Part shown: positions 57,038-64,000 of the stretch, one piece after another
How the letters are laid out: each line of letters begins with the position of its first letter
Numbering within the stretch: position 1 is the first letter of the stretch
NCBI GenBank assembly: GCA_002433235.1
Contig: DJHS01000047.1
Span: 1,369-65,368, forward strand
DNA from: Verrucomicrobia bacterium UBA6614
Lineage (GTDB): Bacteria; Verrucomicrobiota; Verrucomicrobiia; Limisphaerales; UBA1100
DNA: 64,000 nt
Direction of reading: 5' to 3'
The notes under the pieces: model-generated
What the model saw: only the letters and a program-made list of their open reading frames with translations
What the model was told of the DNA's origin: nothing
The model's database searches: none
Program-made: the position numbers and the translations under genes

Positions 57038-57439
57038 CTACTGGCATTCCGGGCAAAGGTCAAAAAACTCCAGCTTGTGCGTCAATGCGGTGAAACCGTT
57101 GCGGCGGGCGATCTTTCGCTCCAATTCACTGGGAAAGCATTCGTCAATCTCCACGACGCGGTCGCACTTGTGGCAAATCAAGTGATGATGGTGAGCGTTG
57201 TTGTCACCACAGATCAACTCGTAACGGGCGGTTCCATCACCAAAATCAAAACGCTTCACCAGTTTCAATTCTTCAAGCAGATGCATGGCTCGATAAACAG
57301 TGGCCAGATCGCAGGGTGAGGGCAGCGCGGCGTGGATTTCCCGGATAGTGCGGGGATGCTCATTGGTGCTCAGTGCGTCTAGAATATCCTGGCGCGGCCC
57401 GGTAATGCGCCGGTCGTCCTGACGCAGGCGATGAGTCAA
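57038..57439 (-). CDS. zur: Fur-family metalloregulator, Zur by context
   Basis: HHHHLICHKCDRVVEID...CPEC Fur-fold metal sites; downstream of and co-oriented with ZIP zinc transporter. Confidence 0.7.
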   Translation of the reverse strand: MTHRLRQDDRRITGPRQDILDALSTNEHPRTIREIHAALPSPCDLATVYRAMHLLEELKLVKRFDFGDGTARYELICGDNNAHHHHLICHKCDRVVEIDECFPSELERKIARRNGFTALTHKLEFFDLCPECQ

Positions 57440-57466
57440 TTGATGTAGCGATTCGCTGCGCCATTC

Positions 57467-58216
57467 CTAGTGCTGATGAGTTGAAAACGCCACGGTGCCG
57501 GCGGCAAGAATGGCTCCGAGGGCAATAGCAATTCCTTTTTGCCGGTTTACCCGGTGGCCTTCCTCGCTCTCGAAGAGAATGGTGGTCGACACATGCATGA
57601 AAATGCCAATGACGATTGCAAGCAGCCAGTGATGGCGCCCAGCAAGGAAGGGCAGATTCCCGGCCAATGCGCCCAGCGGAGCCATGACGGCAAATATTCC
57701 GAAGAGAATCCAGACTCGCGATTTTGTAATGCCGCTCTGCTGGAGCATGGCCAACAACACAATGGCAACAGGAAATTTGTGAATGGCAATTGCAGCCAGC
57801 AACAGGGAGGGATTGTACTCGTGCAAATGATCATGGGCGTGCGCGTGTGCATGAGAATCCGCGCCGAGGGGTGTTGCCTCCAAGAATGCGTGAATGCACA
57901 ACCCCATCAACATGCTGTAGGGAAGCGGTCCATGAGGGGGGTGGGAGTGGCCGTGCTCCAAGCCCCGAGAAAAATTCTCCAAAATGATTTGCACAAAAAA
58001 TCCCGCGAGAATGAAAGCCCCAATTTGCCAATGTGGTTCCTTGGTGCTCGCAAACACCTCGGGCATAAGGTGCAGGCAGGTCAGGCCAATCAGGTAGGCG
58101 CCCGAAAAGGCGGTGAGCAGCTTTAAGTTGCGCGTTTCACCCAAACGACTGAAGGCAATCGCAGCGGCGCCGGCAAGCACAGATACAATGAGAATCAGGA
58201 TTTGAAGTCCAAACAT
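57467..58216 (-). CDS. zupT: ZIP family zinc transporter (ZupT-like)
   Basis: His-rich loop GLEHGHSHPPHG and HAHAHAHDH; 8 TM ZIP pattern. Confidence 0.8.
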   Translation of the reverse strand: MFGLQILILIVSVLAGAAAIAFSRLGETRNLKLLTAFSGAYLIGLTCLHLMPEVFASTKEPHWQIGAFILAGFFVQIILENFSRGLEHGHSHPPHGPLPYSMLMGLCIHAFLEATPLGADSHAHAHAHDHLHEYNPSLLLAAIAIHKFPVAIVLLAMLQQSGITKSRVWILFGIFAVMAPLGALAGNLPFLAGRHHWLLAIVIGIFMHVSTTILFESEEGHRVNRQKGIAIALGAILAAGTVAFSTHQH

Positions 58217-58217
58217 T

Positions 58218-58236
58218 ATTGCAAATTATTTGCAAT
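58218..58236. promoter_or_regulatory. candidate Zur box (perfect 9-1-9 palindrome ATTGCAAAT-T-ATTTGCAAT) abutting the ZIP start codon
   Basis: AT-rich palindrome in otherwise GC-rich DNA, between the rpsR terminator and the zupT ATG (58214-58216). Confidence 0.5.
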
Positions 58237-58247
58237 TATGTGGCAGC

Positions 58248-58271
58248 AAAAAACCCGCCTGAAGCGGCGGG
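58248..58271 (-). terminator. rho-independent terminator of rpmG-rpsR operon
   Basis: minus-strand cccgcc-gcttca-ggcggg hairpin followed by UUUUUU (plus-strand aaaaaa 58248-58253). Confidence 0.65.
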
Positions 58272-58283
58272 CGGAAATGCCGG

Positions 58284-58541
58284 TTATTTCATCAGCAACA
58301 TTTGGCGTGCGCGCTTGATGGAGCGGGTCAAGCGCCGTTGATAGTGCGCGGGCAGACCGGTGTATTTGCGCGGAAGAATGCGGCCCTCGTCAGTGACGTA
58401 GCGGCGCAGCAGGTCGGCATTCTTTGGGTCAAGCTGGTCGATTGTAAAATCGACTTGCGGGCGGGGACGAGCCACGCGGCGGTCGGTTCCGCCAGTGCGG
58501 CGGCCGCGCGGGGTGCGGTCGGTGTTGGTTTTGCGTGCCAT
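58284..58541 (-). CDS. rpsR: 30S ribosomal protein S18
   Basis: RRYVTDEGRILPRKYTGLPAHYQRRLTRSIKRARQMLLMK. Confidence 0.9.
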   Translation of the reverse strand: MARKTNTDRTPRGRRTGGTDRRVARPRPQVDFTIDQLDPKNADLLRRYVTDEGRILPRKYTGLPAHYQRRLTRSIKRARQMLLMK

Positions 58542-58542
58542 G

Positions 58543-58710
58543 TTACTTGATCTCGCGGTGCACGGTGTGGCGCCGCAGGAAAGGGTTATATTTTTTCTTC
58601 TCCACGCGCTCGGTCTGGAGTTTCTTGTTGCGCGTGGTCATGTAGCGCGAAGGTGGCTTGCCTTCGTTCTTCGCTTCAGTGCATTCAAGGGTGACGATTT
58701 CGCGTGGCAT
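58543..58710 (-). CDS. rpmG: 50S ribosomal protein L33 (55 aa; below ORF-track length cutoff)
   Basis: hand translation of minus strand: [55 protein letters not shown]; stop 2 nt before rpsR ATG. Confidence 0.8.
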   Translation of the reverse strand: MPREIVTLECTEAKNEGKPPSRYMTTRNKKLQTERVEKKKYNPFLRRHTVHREIK

Positions 58711-58716
58711 GATGTT

Positions 58717-59424
58717 TTACTTCTTGGCCTTGGCGGCCTTTTTTTTCTTGGCGGAAGACTTCTTTTTTGCCGGCGCCTTTTTCTTGCCGGCCTTCTTGGG
58801 AGAATCATCTGAGGAGGCCGGGGCGCTGGGTTCGAATGAGCCGGAGGCACCGTCGATAGTGCCGAGGCTTCCCAGTTTGCGGCGTTGCAGTACGCCATCC
58901 CTCTCAAGTTTGGCTTGGGCATCAACAGTGAACCGTGTCCACGGGATGGCCTGCAGACGGGCCTTTGGGATTGGCTTGTCAGTCAGTTCACAAACGCCGT
59001 AGTTGTCCTTCTCGATGCGACGGATGGCTTCCTCAATCTCGTAGACCGCGTCCTGATCAGCGGAGAGGAGGCTGAGCGCGGAATCCCGGTCAAAGTTGTC
59101 CGTTCCGGAATCGGCCATGTGCATGGAGTAGTTGCTCATCTCCTCGGCCGATTCCTTCTTGAGATCGGTCATTTGGTTGAGCAGCCGGGCGCGGAGATCG
59201 AGAAGAATATCGTAATACTTTTTCCACTCTGCCTTGATCTTGACGGAGTTGCTCGGACGCCAAGCGGAGGCCTGCTTGGGGGTCTTTACCGGCTTGTAGC
59301 CGAGGATCGCTGCAGCGGAGGCCGCCTTGACGGACTTGCCCGCGCCATTGCGCTTGGCGGATTTTTTTGCCTTCGGAGCAGCCTTTTTGGCCGCTTTTTT
59401 CTTTGCTGTTTTCTTCGTGCTCAC
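58717..59424 (-). CDS. DksA/TraR-family protein flanked by histone-H1-like Lys/Ala-rich N- and C-terminal tails
   Basis: core LLDLRARLLNQMTDL...SNYSMHMADSGTDNFDRDSALSLLSADQD...DNYGVCELTDKPIPKARLQAIPWTRF (DksA coiled-coil tip DxxDxA-like and C-terminal domain, only one Cys); tails KKTAKKKAAKKAAPKAKKSAK / KKAGKKKAPAKKKSSAKKKKAAKAKK. Confidence 0.7.
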   Translation of the reverse strand: MSTKKTAKKKAAKKAAPKAKKSAKRNGAGKSVKAASAAAILGYKPVKTPKQASAWRPSNSVKIKAEWKKYYDILLDLRARLLNQMTDLKKESAEEMSNYSMHMADSGTDNFDRDSALSLLSADQDAVYEIEEAIRRIEKDNYGVCELTDKPIPKARLQAIPWTRFTVDAQAKLERDGVLQRRKLGSLGTIDGASGSFEPSAPASSDDSPKKAGKKKAPAKKKSSAKKKKAAKAKK

Positions 59425-59786
59425 AACACCCTGAGGTTAAAGGGGTGGGGAATGTACCAGAAGAAATCGAGATTGCCACAAAAAAGTGTGGGTTTTGGAA
59501 GTCTGTTCTGGGTGGTGATTTTTGGTGATTTGCCATTGATTTTCGGGTTCAAGCCGCGAAACGGCGTAGGTTCAATTGGGGGATTTCACGCCACTTGGGA
59601 AAAATCCACGCACCTGCGGAGAGGGGACTTGAATGCACATTAAGAAATCCAAGGGAAATGGGGTGATATATTTCGAATGCGGGTTGGCATGGCACGTGCT
59701 TCTATCAATGGTATACAAGGCAGACGCAGCAGCCTTAAAAGAATAAACAAAGAGTACAACAATGGGGCCTGTTGCGATGCTTAAAC

Positions 59787-59815
59787 AAGGGGCAGTTTTC
59801 TGCCCCTTTGTTTTT
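59787..59815. terminator. hairpin terminator (potentially bidirectional) 13 nt downstream of the minus-strand membrane-protein gene
   Basis: aaggggcag-tttt-ctgcccctt followed by tgttttt on plus strand; A-tract on the other side. Confidence 0.55.
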
Positions 59816-59827
59816 ATCTAACTTCTT

Positions 59828-61249
59828 TTAAGCCCCAAGAGCGCGGCAGCGAATCCATAGCCAGCTCATTTGCAGAATGCCACCGATGGTCATGGCCAGT
59901 ACGGCCGCGTTCAAGCCCGGCATGGATTGTTGGGCCGTGATGATGGAGATGAAAATAAACAAGGAAAGGGTGTAGAACAAGACCGCCTCGGTGACCGGAT
60001 TGCTGCGTTTTGCGTGAATGAGACGGCCTTCGAAGTAGCAGGCCCAAGTGGTGATGGCGGGATGGAGCAGGGCAAACCAAAGGCTAGCCTTGCCGATTTG
60101 GGCCAGCTCGACGCGGAGACCGATAATTTGCGTGAACCAAAGGTCGATTAGGGGTGTGGTGATGAGGGCCAACAGAGGGAGGGAAAGAACAAGGCTGAGG
60201 ATGGCAGTGAAGTTGAAGAGTTGGCGGTGGGCGTTGGGCTTGTCGAGAAGGGCGACGACGACCTCGGTGTAGGCAATGCCGGCGGAGCGCAGCATGAAAA
60301 TGAGGCTGTTGATGGTCGGCCAGATGGCGAGGGTGAGCATGGGGTCGGGAAGCCGGCTCAGGCCGCCGGTGAGAATTGGCTGCCCGAGGAGGCCAATGGT
60401 GGGCGCGAAGGCGATGGGGAGATAAAAGAGAATGACTTCACACATGGTCAGGGCCGGGCCTTGGGCATCACGTAGTGGGCCTTGTAGGACGGCATGAGTT
60501 TTCCAGCGGATGTAAAGGGCCTCGATGATGACACCAATGGCAATAGCGGTCGCGGCCACCACGATGCCTGCGTATTTTTCGACCAAGACTCCAGCAACGA
60601 GCACAATGGCATCAGCAATCAGGCGAATGCCGGTGCCCCAGCCCACGGCGCTGGCTTTCCCAAAACGAATCAGGACGCCCTGGTGAAATCTGCGGTGGGC
60701 GATGGCCCATGTCCAGGGGGTCATGATCTGGAGTCCTATTCGGCCGGGTTCGATGATATCCGCGGGGGCCTTGATGACCTGCACGGCCAGCCAATCGTAA
60801 AGAGGGGTGAATGCGATGAGGATGTGCAGGAATGTGAGGGCGATGCTGGAGACGGTCATCAGCCGGTGGAGTTTTTGATAGGAACTCCAGTCGCGGCTCA
60901 GGGCGGTGGATGCCGTGAGGAGCATGATGATGGGCGACTCAATCACGAGAGCGATAGCGAACACCATGCCGTAGGCTCCCGTATGGACATCCGATTGTGT
61001 CAACTTGGTCAGGGCGGCACAGACCATTGGGATCTCGGCGCCCATGAGCAGCCAGCTCGCGGCGAGAGGGAGCCACGTGCGAATGATTTGGCGTTGATCC
61101 AGCGGTGCGGAGATGGGGAGAAGAAGTGGGTTAGCGAGGGGCGGCGCGGCCGGTGTGGGAGGGATTTTGGCTGCGCATGGGCCAGGGACTGTTGGCCAAG
61201 CCTTTACTGTCGGTCTTAAGCGCGTAGAGGTGGTAGTCCCATGAGCCAA
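59828..61249 (-). CDS. polytopic membrane transporter, MOP/MATE-flippase-like (true start possibly internal near 61045)
   Basis: 12-14 hydrophobic segments; ORF-track start overlaps upstream gene by 118 nt, internal ATG (MGAEIPMVCAAL) more plausible. Confidence 0.55.
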   Translation of the reverse strand: MAHGTTTSTRLRPTVKAWPTVPGPCAAKIPPTPAAPPLANPLLLPISAPLDQRQIIRTWLPLAASWLLMGAEIPMVCAALTKLTQSDVHTGAYGMVFAIALVIESPIIMLLTASTALSRDWSSYQKLHRLMTVSSIALTFLHILIAFTPLYDWLAVQVIKAPADIIEPGRIGLQIMTPWTWAIAHRRFHQGVLIRFGKASAVGWGTGIRLIADAIVLVAGVLVEKYAGIVVAATAIAIGVIIEALYIRWKTHAVLQGPLRDAQGPALTMCEVILFYLPIAFAPTIGLLGQPILTGGLSRLPDPMLTLAIWPTINSLIFMLRSAGIAYTEVVVALLDKPNAHRQLFNFTAILSLVLSLPLLALITTPLIDLWFTQIIGLRVELAQIGKASLWFALLHPAITTWACYFEGRLIHAKRSNPVTEAVLFYTLSLFIFISIITAQQSMPGLNAAVLAMTIGGILQMSWLWIRCRALGA

Positions 61250-62399
61250 AGTAAAGGGTGCCGTTCGGGCTGAGGGCAGCCGAGGAAGTCACGTTGTCGG
61301 GAGTAGGGAAATCCCATTTTTTGCCTCCAGTTTTTGCGTCCAAGGCATAGAGGCGACCGTCGTAGGAGCCGGCGTAAACCGTGCCATCCGCACCGATGAC
61401 GGGGGCGCAGCGGACTCTTTCCTGGGTTTTGAATTCCCATTTTTTCCCGCCAGTGGCCCCGTCGATGGCGTAAATCTTGGCGTCAAAGGAGCCGATATAG
61501 ACCGTGCCGTCAGGGCCGATTGTGGGGGGGGAATAGACGCCGCCGTCGGTTTTGAATTCCCATTGTTTCTCTCCGCTCTGGCCATGGAGGGCGTAGAGTT
61601 TTTGGTCTTCAGAGCCGATGTAGACGGTGCCATCTGCGCCAATGGCCGGGGAAGACCAGATGTTATTGCCGGTCTTGAATTCCCATCTCTTGATCCCGGT
61701 CTTTCCGACGAGAGCGTAGACCTTGTGGTCCATTGAGCCAAAGTAGACGGTTCCATCCGGACCAATGGCGGCTGTTGAAGGAATGCCGTGGCCGGTTTGG
61801 AATTCCCATTTTTTTTCGCCGGTCGATCCGTCGATGGCGTAAAATTTTGTGTCGCGTGAGCCAATAAACACTGTCCCATCGGCGCCAATAACCGGCGAAG
61901 CCCACAGCCAACCGCCGGTTTGGAATTCCCATTTCAGTTCGCCGGTTTTGCCATCGAGGGCTGTGAGGTTATTGTCTTGAGATCCACAATAGATGGTTCC
62001 ATCTGGCCCAATGGCGGGGGAGCCGTAGATGTTCAGGCCGGTTGTGTATTCCCATTTTTTTTCTCCGGTTTGGCCATGGAGGGCGTAGATTTTTTTGTCG
62101 TATGATCCGAAGTATACGGTGCCGTCGGCGCCGATGGCGGGGGATGAGGGGATGGGGCCGTTTGATTTGAAGGACCAAACGAGAGGTTCTTGGTTTTCTG
62201 GTTGTGGCTCGTGCGGGGATGGCTGGGAAGTGGTTATTGGATTATTGGCCTTAGGTGAGGGAGGGGTGTGCGGGGTATTCCCTGCTTGGGGTGTTTGAGT
62301 TTTGTCGTCGCCACAAGCGATGCAGAACAGGCAAACGATGATGGCAAAAAATCTGAGGGCTGTTTTGCCCGCTTGTGAATGGCTGTTCCGCGTGTGCAT
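61131..62399 (-). CDS. PQQ-enzyme-repeat beta-propeller lipoprotein with eight near-identical ~40-aa blades
   Basis: lipobox [14 protein letters not shown]; repeats [11 protein letters not shown](F/I)GSxDxK(L/I)YA(L/I)[14 protein letters not shown] x8. Confidence 0.85.
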   Translation of the reverse strand: MHTRNSHSQAGKTALRFFAIIVCLFCIACGDDKTQTPQAGNTPHTPPSPKANNPITTSQPSPHEPQPENQEPLVWSFKSNGPIPSSPAIGADGTVYFGSYDKKIYALHGQTGEKKWEYTTGLNIYGSPAIGPDGTIYCGSQDNNLTALDGKTGELKWEFQTGGWLWASPVIGADGTVFIGSRDTKFYAIDGSTGEKKWEFQTGHGIPSTAAIGPDGTVYFGSMDHKVYALVGKTGIKRWEFKTGNNIWSSPAIGADGTVYIGSEDQKLYALHGQSGEKQWEFKTDGGVYSPPTIGPDGTVYIGSFDAKIYAIDGATGGKKWEFKTQERVRCAPVIGADGTVYAGSYDGRLYALDAKTGGKKWDFPTPDNVTSSAALSPNGTLYFGSWDYHLYALKTDSKGLANSPWPMRSQNPSHTGRAAPR

Positions 62400-62510
62400 T
62401 GGGCGGATGTTAGTGAGAGAGGAGCCTTTCGGAAAAGTTTAAATGATTGCTGGGCGGGCGAGGGGAGAGGCATGGTGCCCGGATGTTCTGGGGTGAGTCA
62501 CGGTGAAATT

Positions 62511-62957
62511 ATGATTGTTGTGTTGCAGCGAGTGAGCGAGGCCCGTGTGGCGGTGGACAGCCGTGTCACTGGTGAGATTGGCTTGGGGTTGATGATTTTG
62601 CTGGGAGTGGTTGAAGGGGACGGGGAGGAAGATGCTGAGTTTCTGGCCGATCGGGTTGCAGGGTTTCGAATATTTTCGGACGAAGAGGGGAAGATGAATC
62701 GGTCCGTTCAAGATGTTGGCGGCGCAGCGCTGGTTGTCAGCCAGTTCACCTTGGCGGGAGACTGGCGCAAGGGACGTCGGCCGAGTTTCACCAAGGCGGC
62801 AAGTCCGGAGGAAGGGGAACGTTTGTACGAGTATTTTTGCGCGCAGTTGAAGGAGCAGAATGTGCCGGTGGAGACCGGAGAGTTTGGGGCGATGATGGAT
62901 GTGTCCTTGGTCAATCAAGGGCCGGTGACATTTGTCATGGACAGCCGGGATCAATGA
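62511..62957 (+). CDS. dtd: D-aminoacyl-tRNA deacylase
   Basis: ATG 62511 ([13 protein letters not shown]); ...SQFTLAGD...NQGPVTF Dtd signature. Confidence 0.85.
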   Translation: MIVVLQRVSEARVAVDSRVTGEIGLGLMILLGVVEGDGEEDAEFLADRVAGFRIFSDEEGKMNRSVQDVGGAALVVSQFTLAGDWRKGRRPSFTKAASPEEGERLYEYFCAQLKEQNVPVETGEFGAMMDVSLVNQGPVTFVMDSRDQ

Positions 62958-63051
62958 CCTGCTTGGGCACGAAAGAAGCTTGCTGTCTGGTCCTCGGCTG
63001 TCACAATTCCGCCATTGTTCGAGAGTTGAAACCCATCACAAAGGAAATCCC

Positions 63052-64000
63052 ATGAATCATCAGACTCGACGTTCTTTCCTCAAGGCATCAGCTGCAGCCT
63101 CGGCCTTGGCGGTGAATTTTGTGCCCTCGCGCGTGTTTGGCGCGAATGACCGTGTAAGGATTGGTGTGGCTGGAATCAATGGCCGTGGTCAAAGTCACAT
63201 GGGTGCCTACTTGGGGATGAAGAATGTGGAGGTGTCGCACTTGATTGACCCGGACAGTCGCTTGTTCAACAGCCGGGGCAAGCGGGTTGCGGATCGTCAG
63301 GGCGGAAGAATGCCCAAGTGTGTTCAGGATGTGCGCGAGGCACTGGAGGACAAGAATCTGGATGCGGTGTCCGTGGCAACAACCAATCACTGGCACTCGT
63401 TGATCGGCATCTGGGCGTGTCAGGCCGGAAAGGATGCTTATATTGAAAAGCCAATTTCACATAATGTTTATGAGGGGCGCAAGCTGGTCGAGGCGGCGGA
63501 GAAGTACAAGCGTATCGTTCAGCATGGAACGCAACAACGGAGCAGCGGGGGACGCTTGAATGAAATTCTGGCTGTGCAGTCGGGGAAGTATGGCAAGCTC
63601 CTGGTGAGTAAGGGGTATTGCTGCAAACCGCGCTGGAGTATTGGACACAAGAAACCGGGAACACCGCCGAATGGACTGGATTTTGATCTGTGGCTGGGGC
63701 CGGCTCCGGAGCAGCCCTATCACGGTAATTTGGTACACTACAATTGGCATTGGTTCTGGGACACGGGCAACGGCGACACCGGCAACCAGGGCGTTCACGA
63801 AATGGACGTGGCGCGCTGGGCGATCAAGGGTGCGACTTTGCCGAAGAGCGTTTGGAGCATCGGCGGCCGATTTGGGTATGAAGATCAAGGAGAAACGGCC
63901 AATACGCAGCTGGCGGTGTATGAGTATGACGAAGCGATTCTCCTCTTTGAGACGCGGGGGCTTGTGGGGAGACACGATATTCCCCGTGTTGTAAAGAACG
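63052..64000 (+). CDS. Gfo/Idh/MocA family oxidoreductase with TAT signal (3' end outside window)
   Basis: hand translation: MNHQTRRSFLKASAAASALAVNFVPSRVFGANDRVRIGVAGINGRGQSH...; open to end of window, not in ORF track. Confidence 0.75.
   Translation, partial: MNHQTRRSFLKASAAASALAVNFVPSRVFGANDRVRIGVAGINGRGQSHMGAYLGMKNVEVSHLIDPDSRLFNSRGKRVADRQGGRMPKCVQDVREALEDKNLDAVSVATTNHWHSLIGIWACQAGKDAYIEKPISHNVYEGRKLVEAAEKYKRIVQHGTQQRSSGGRLNEILAVQSGKYGKLLVSKGYCCKPRWSIGHKKPGTPPNGLDFDLWLGPAPEQPYHGNLVHYNWHWFWDTGNGDTGNQGVHEMDVARWAIKGATLPKSVWSIGGRFGYEDQGETANTQLAVYEYDEAILLFETRGLVGRHDIPRVVKN

Noticed and set aside
59425-59827. tRNA or tmRNA in the long intergenic region (ggttcaattggggg resembles a T-loop)
   Set aside because: No acceptor-stem or anticodon-arm complementarity could be built around it; no CCA context.
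1-64000. CRISPR array, integrase/transposase genes, reverse transcriptase, toxin-antitoxin pairs
   Set aside because: No regularly spaced direct repeats, no recombinase/RT motifs and no small adjacent TA-like ORF pairs were seen on either strand.

Overview
This 64-kb window appears to come from a roughly 58-60% GC bacterial chromosome with strong PVC-superphylum (Verrucomicrobia/Planctomycetes-like) signatures. It is gene-dense, with about 60 protein genes and no rRNA, tRNA or CRISPR array found.

The PVC signatures are: five secreted PQQ-like beta-propeller paralogs, four of them with the N-terminal NWPxWRGP motif; a roughly 1000-aa PVC-type 'membrane-bound dehydrogenase' with HEAT repeats and a C-terminal CxxCH cytochrome c domain; two further CxxCH proteins; several TAT-signal amidohydrolase and xylose-isomerase-like TIM-barrel enzymes; and a four-helix-bundle (23S-IVS-type) gene.

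Housekeeping genes are thiD (partial), rex, rdgB, nrnA-like DHH, dapL, alr, tsaB, tsaE, thiL, rph, rpsR, rpmG (unlisted in the ORF track; found by hand), dtd, and a zur-ZIP zinc module with a candidate Zur box.

The most unusual locus is at 10.3-22.4 kb. A membrane-anchored flotillin/SPFH protein (742 aa) is translationally adjacent to a 1872-aa protein carrying a single MoxR/AAA_5-type ATPase module and long coiled coils. It is followed by an orphan acidic protein, a single-HKD PLD-family nuclease and an 834-aa Sel1-repeat polytopic membrane protein of distinctly lower GC. I propose this as a candidate undescribed SPFH-scaffolded giant-ATPase system with an attached nuclease/membrane module.

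Other leads:
- Two in-frame TGA codons with coding-like sequence continuing downstream. The one in the DUF5069-like gene has a hairpin 3' of the TGA (candidate selenocysteine or read-through).
- An IVS-like four-helix-bundle cassette inserted into a sugar-acid catabolic operon that also contains a LarA-family (nickel-pincer racemase) homolog.
- A DksA/TraR-like protein with histone-H1-like Lys/Ala tails, co-operonic with rpmG-rpsR.
- Several palindromic candidate operators and hairpin elements.

Coordinates of hand-derived features are +/-1-2 nt. The printed sequence and the ORF track disagree by one nucleotide at two line boundaries, so I follow the ORF-track coordinates.
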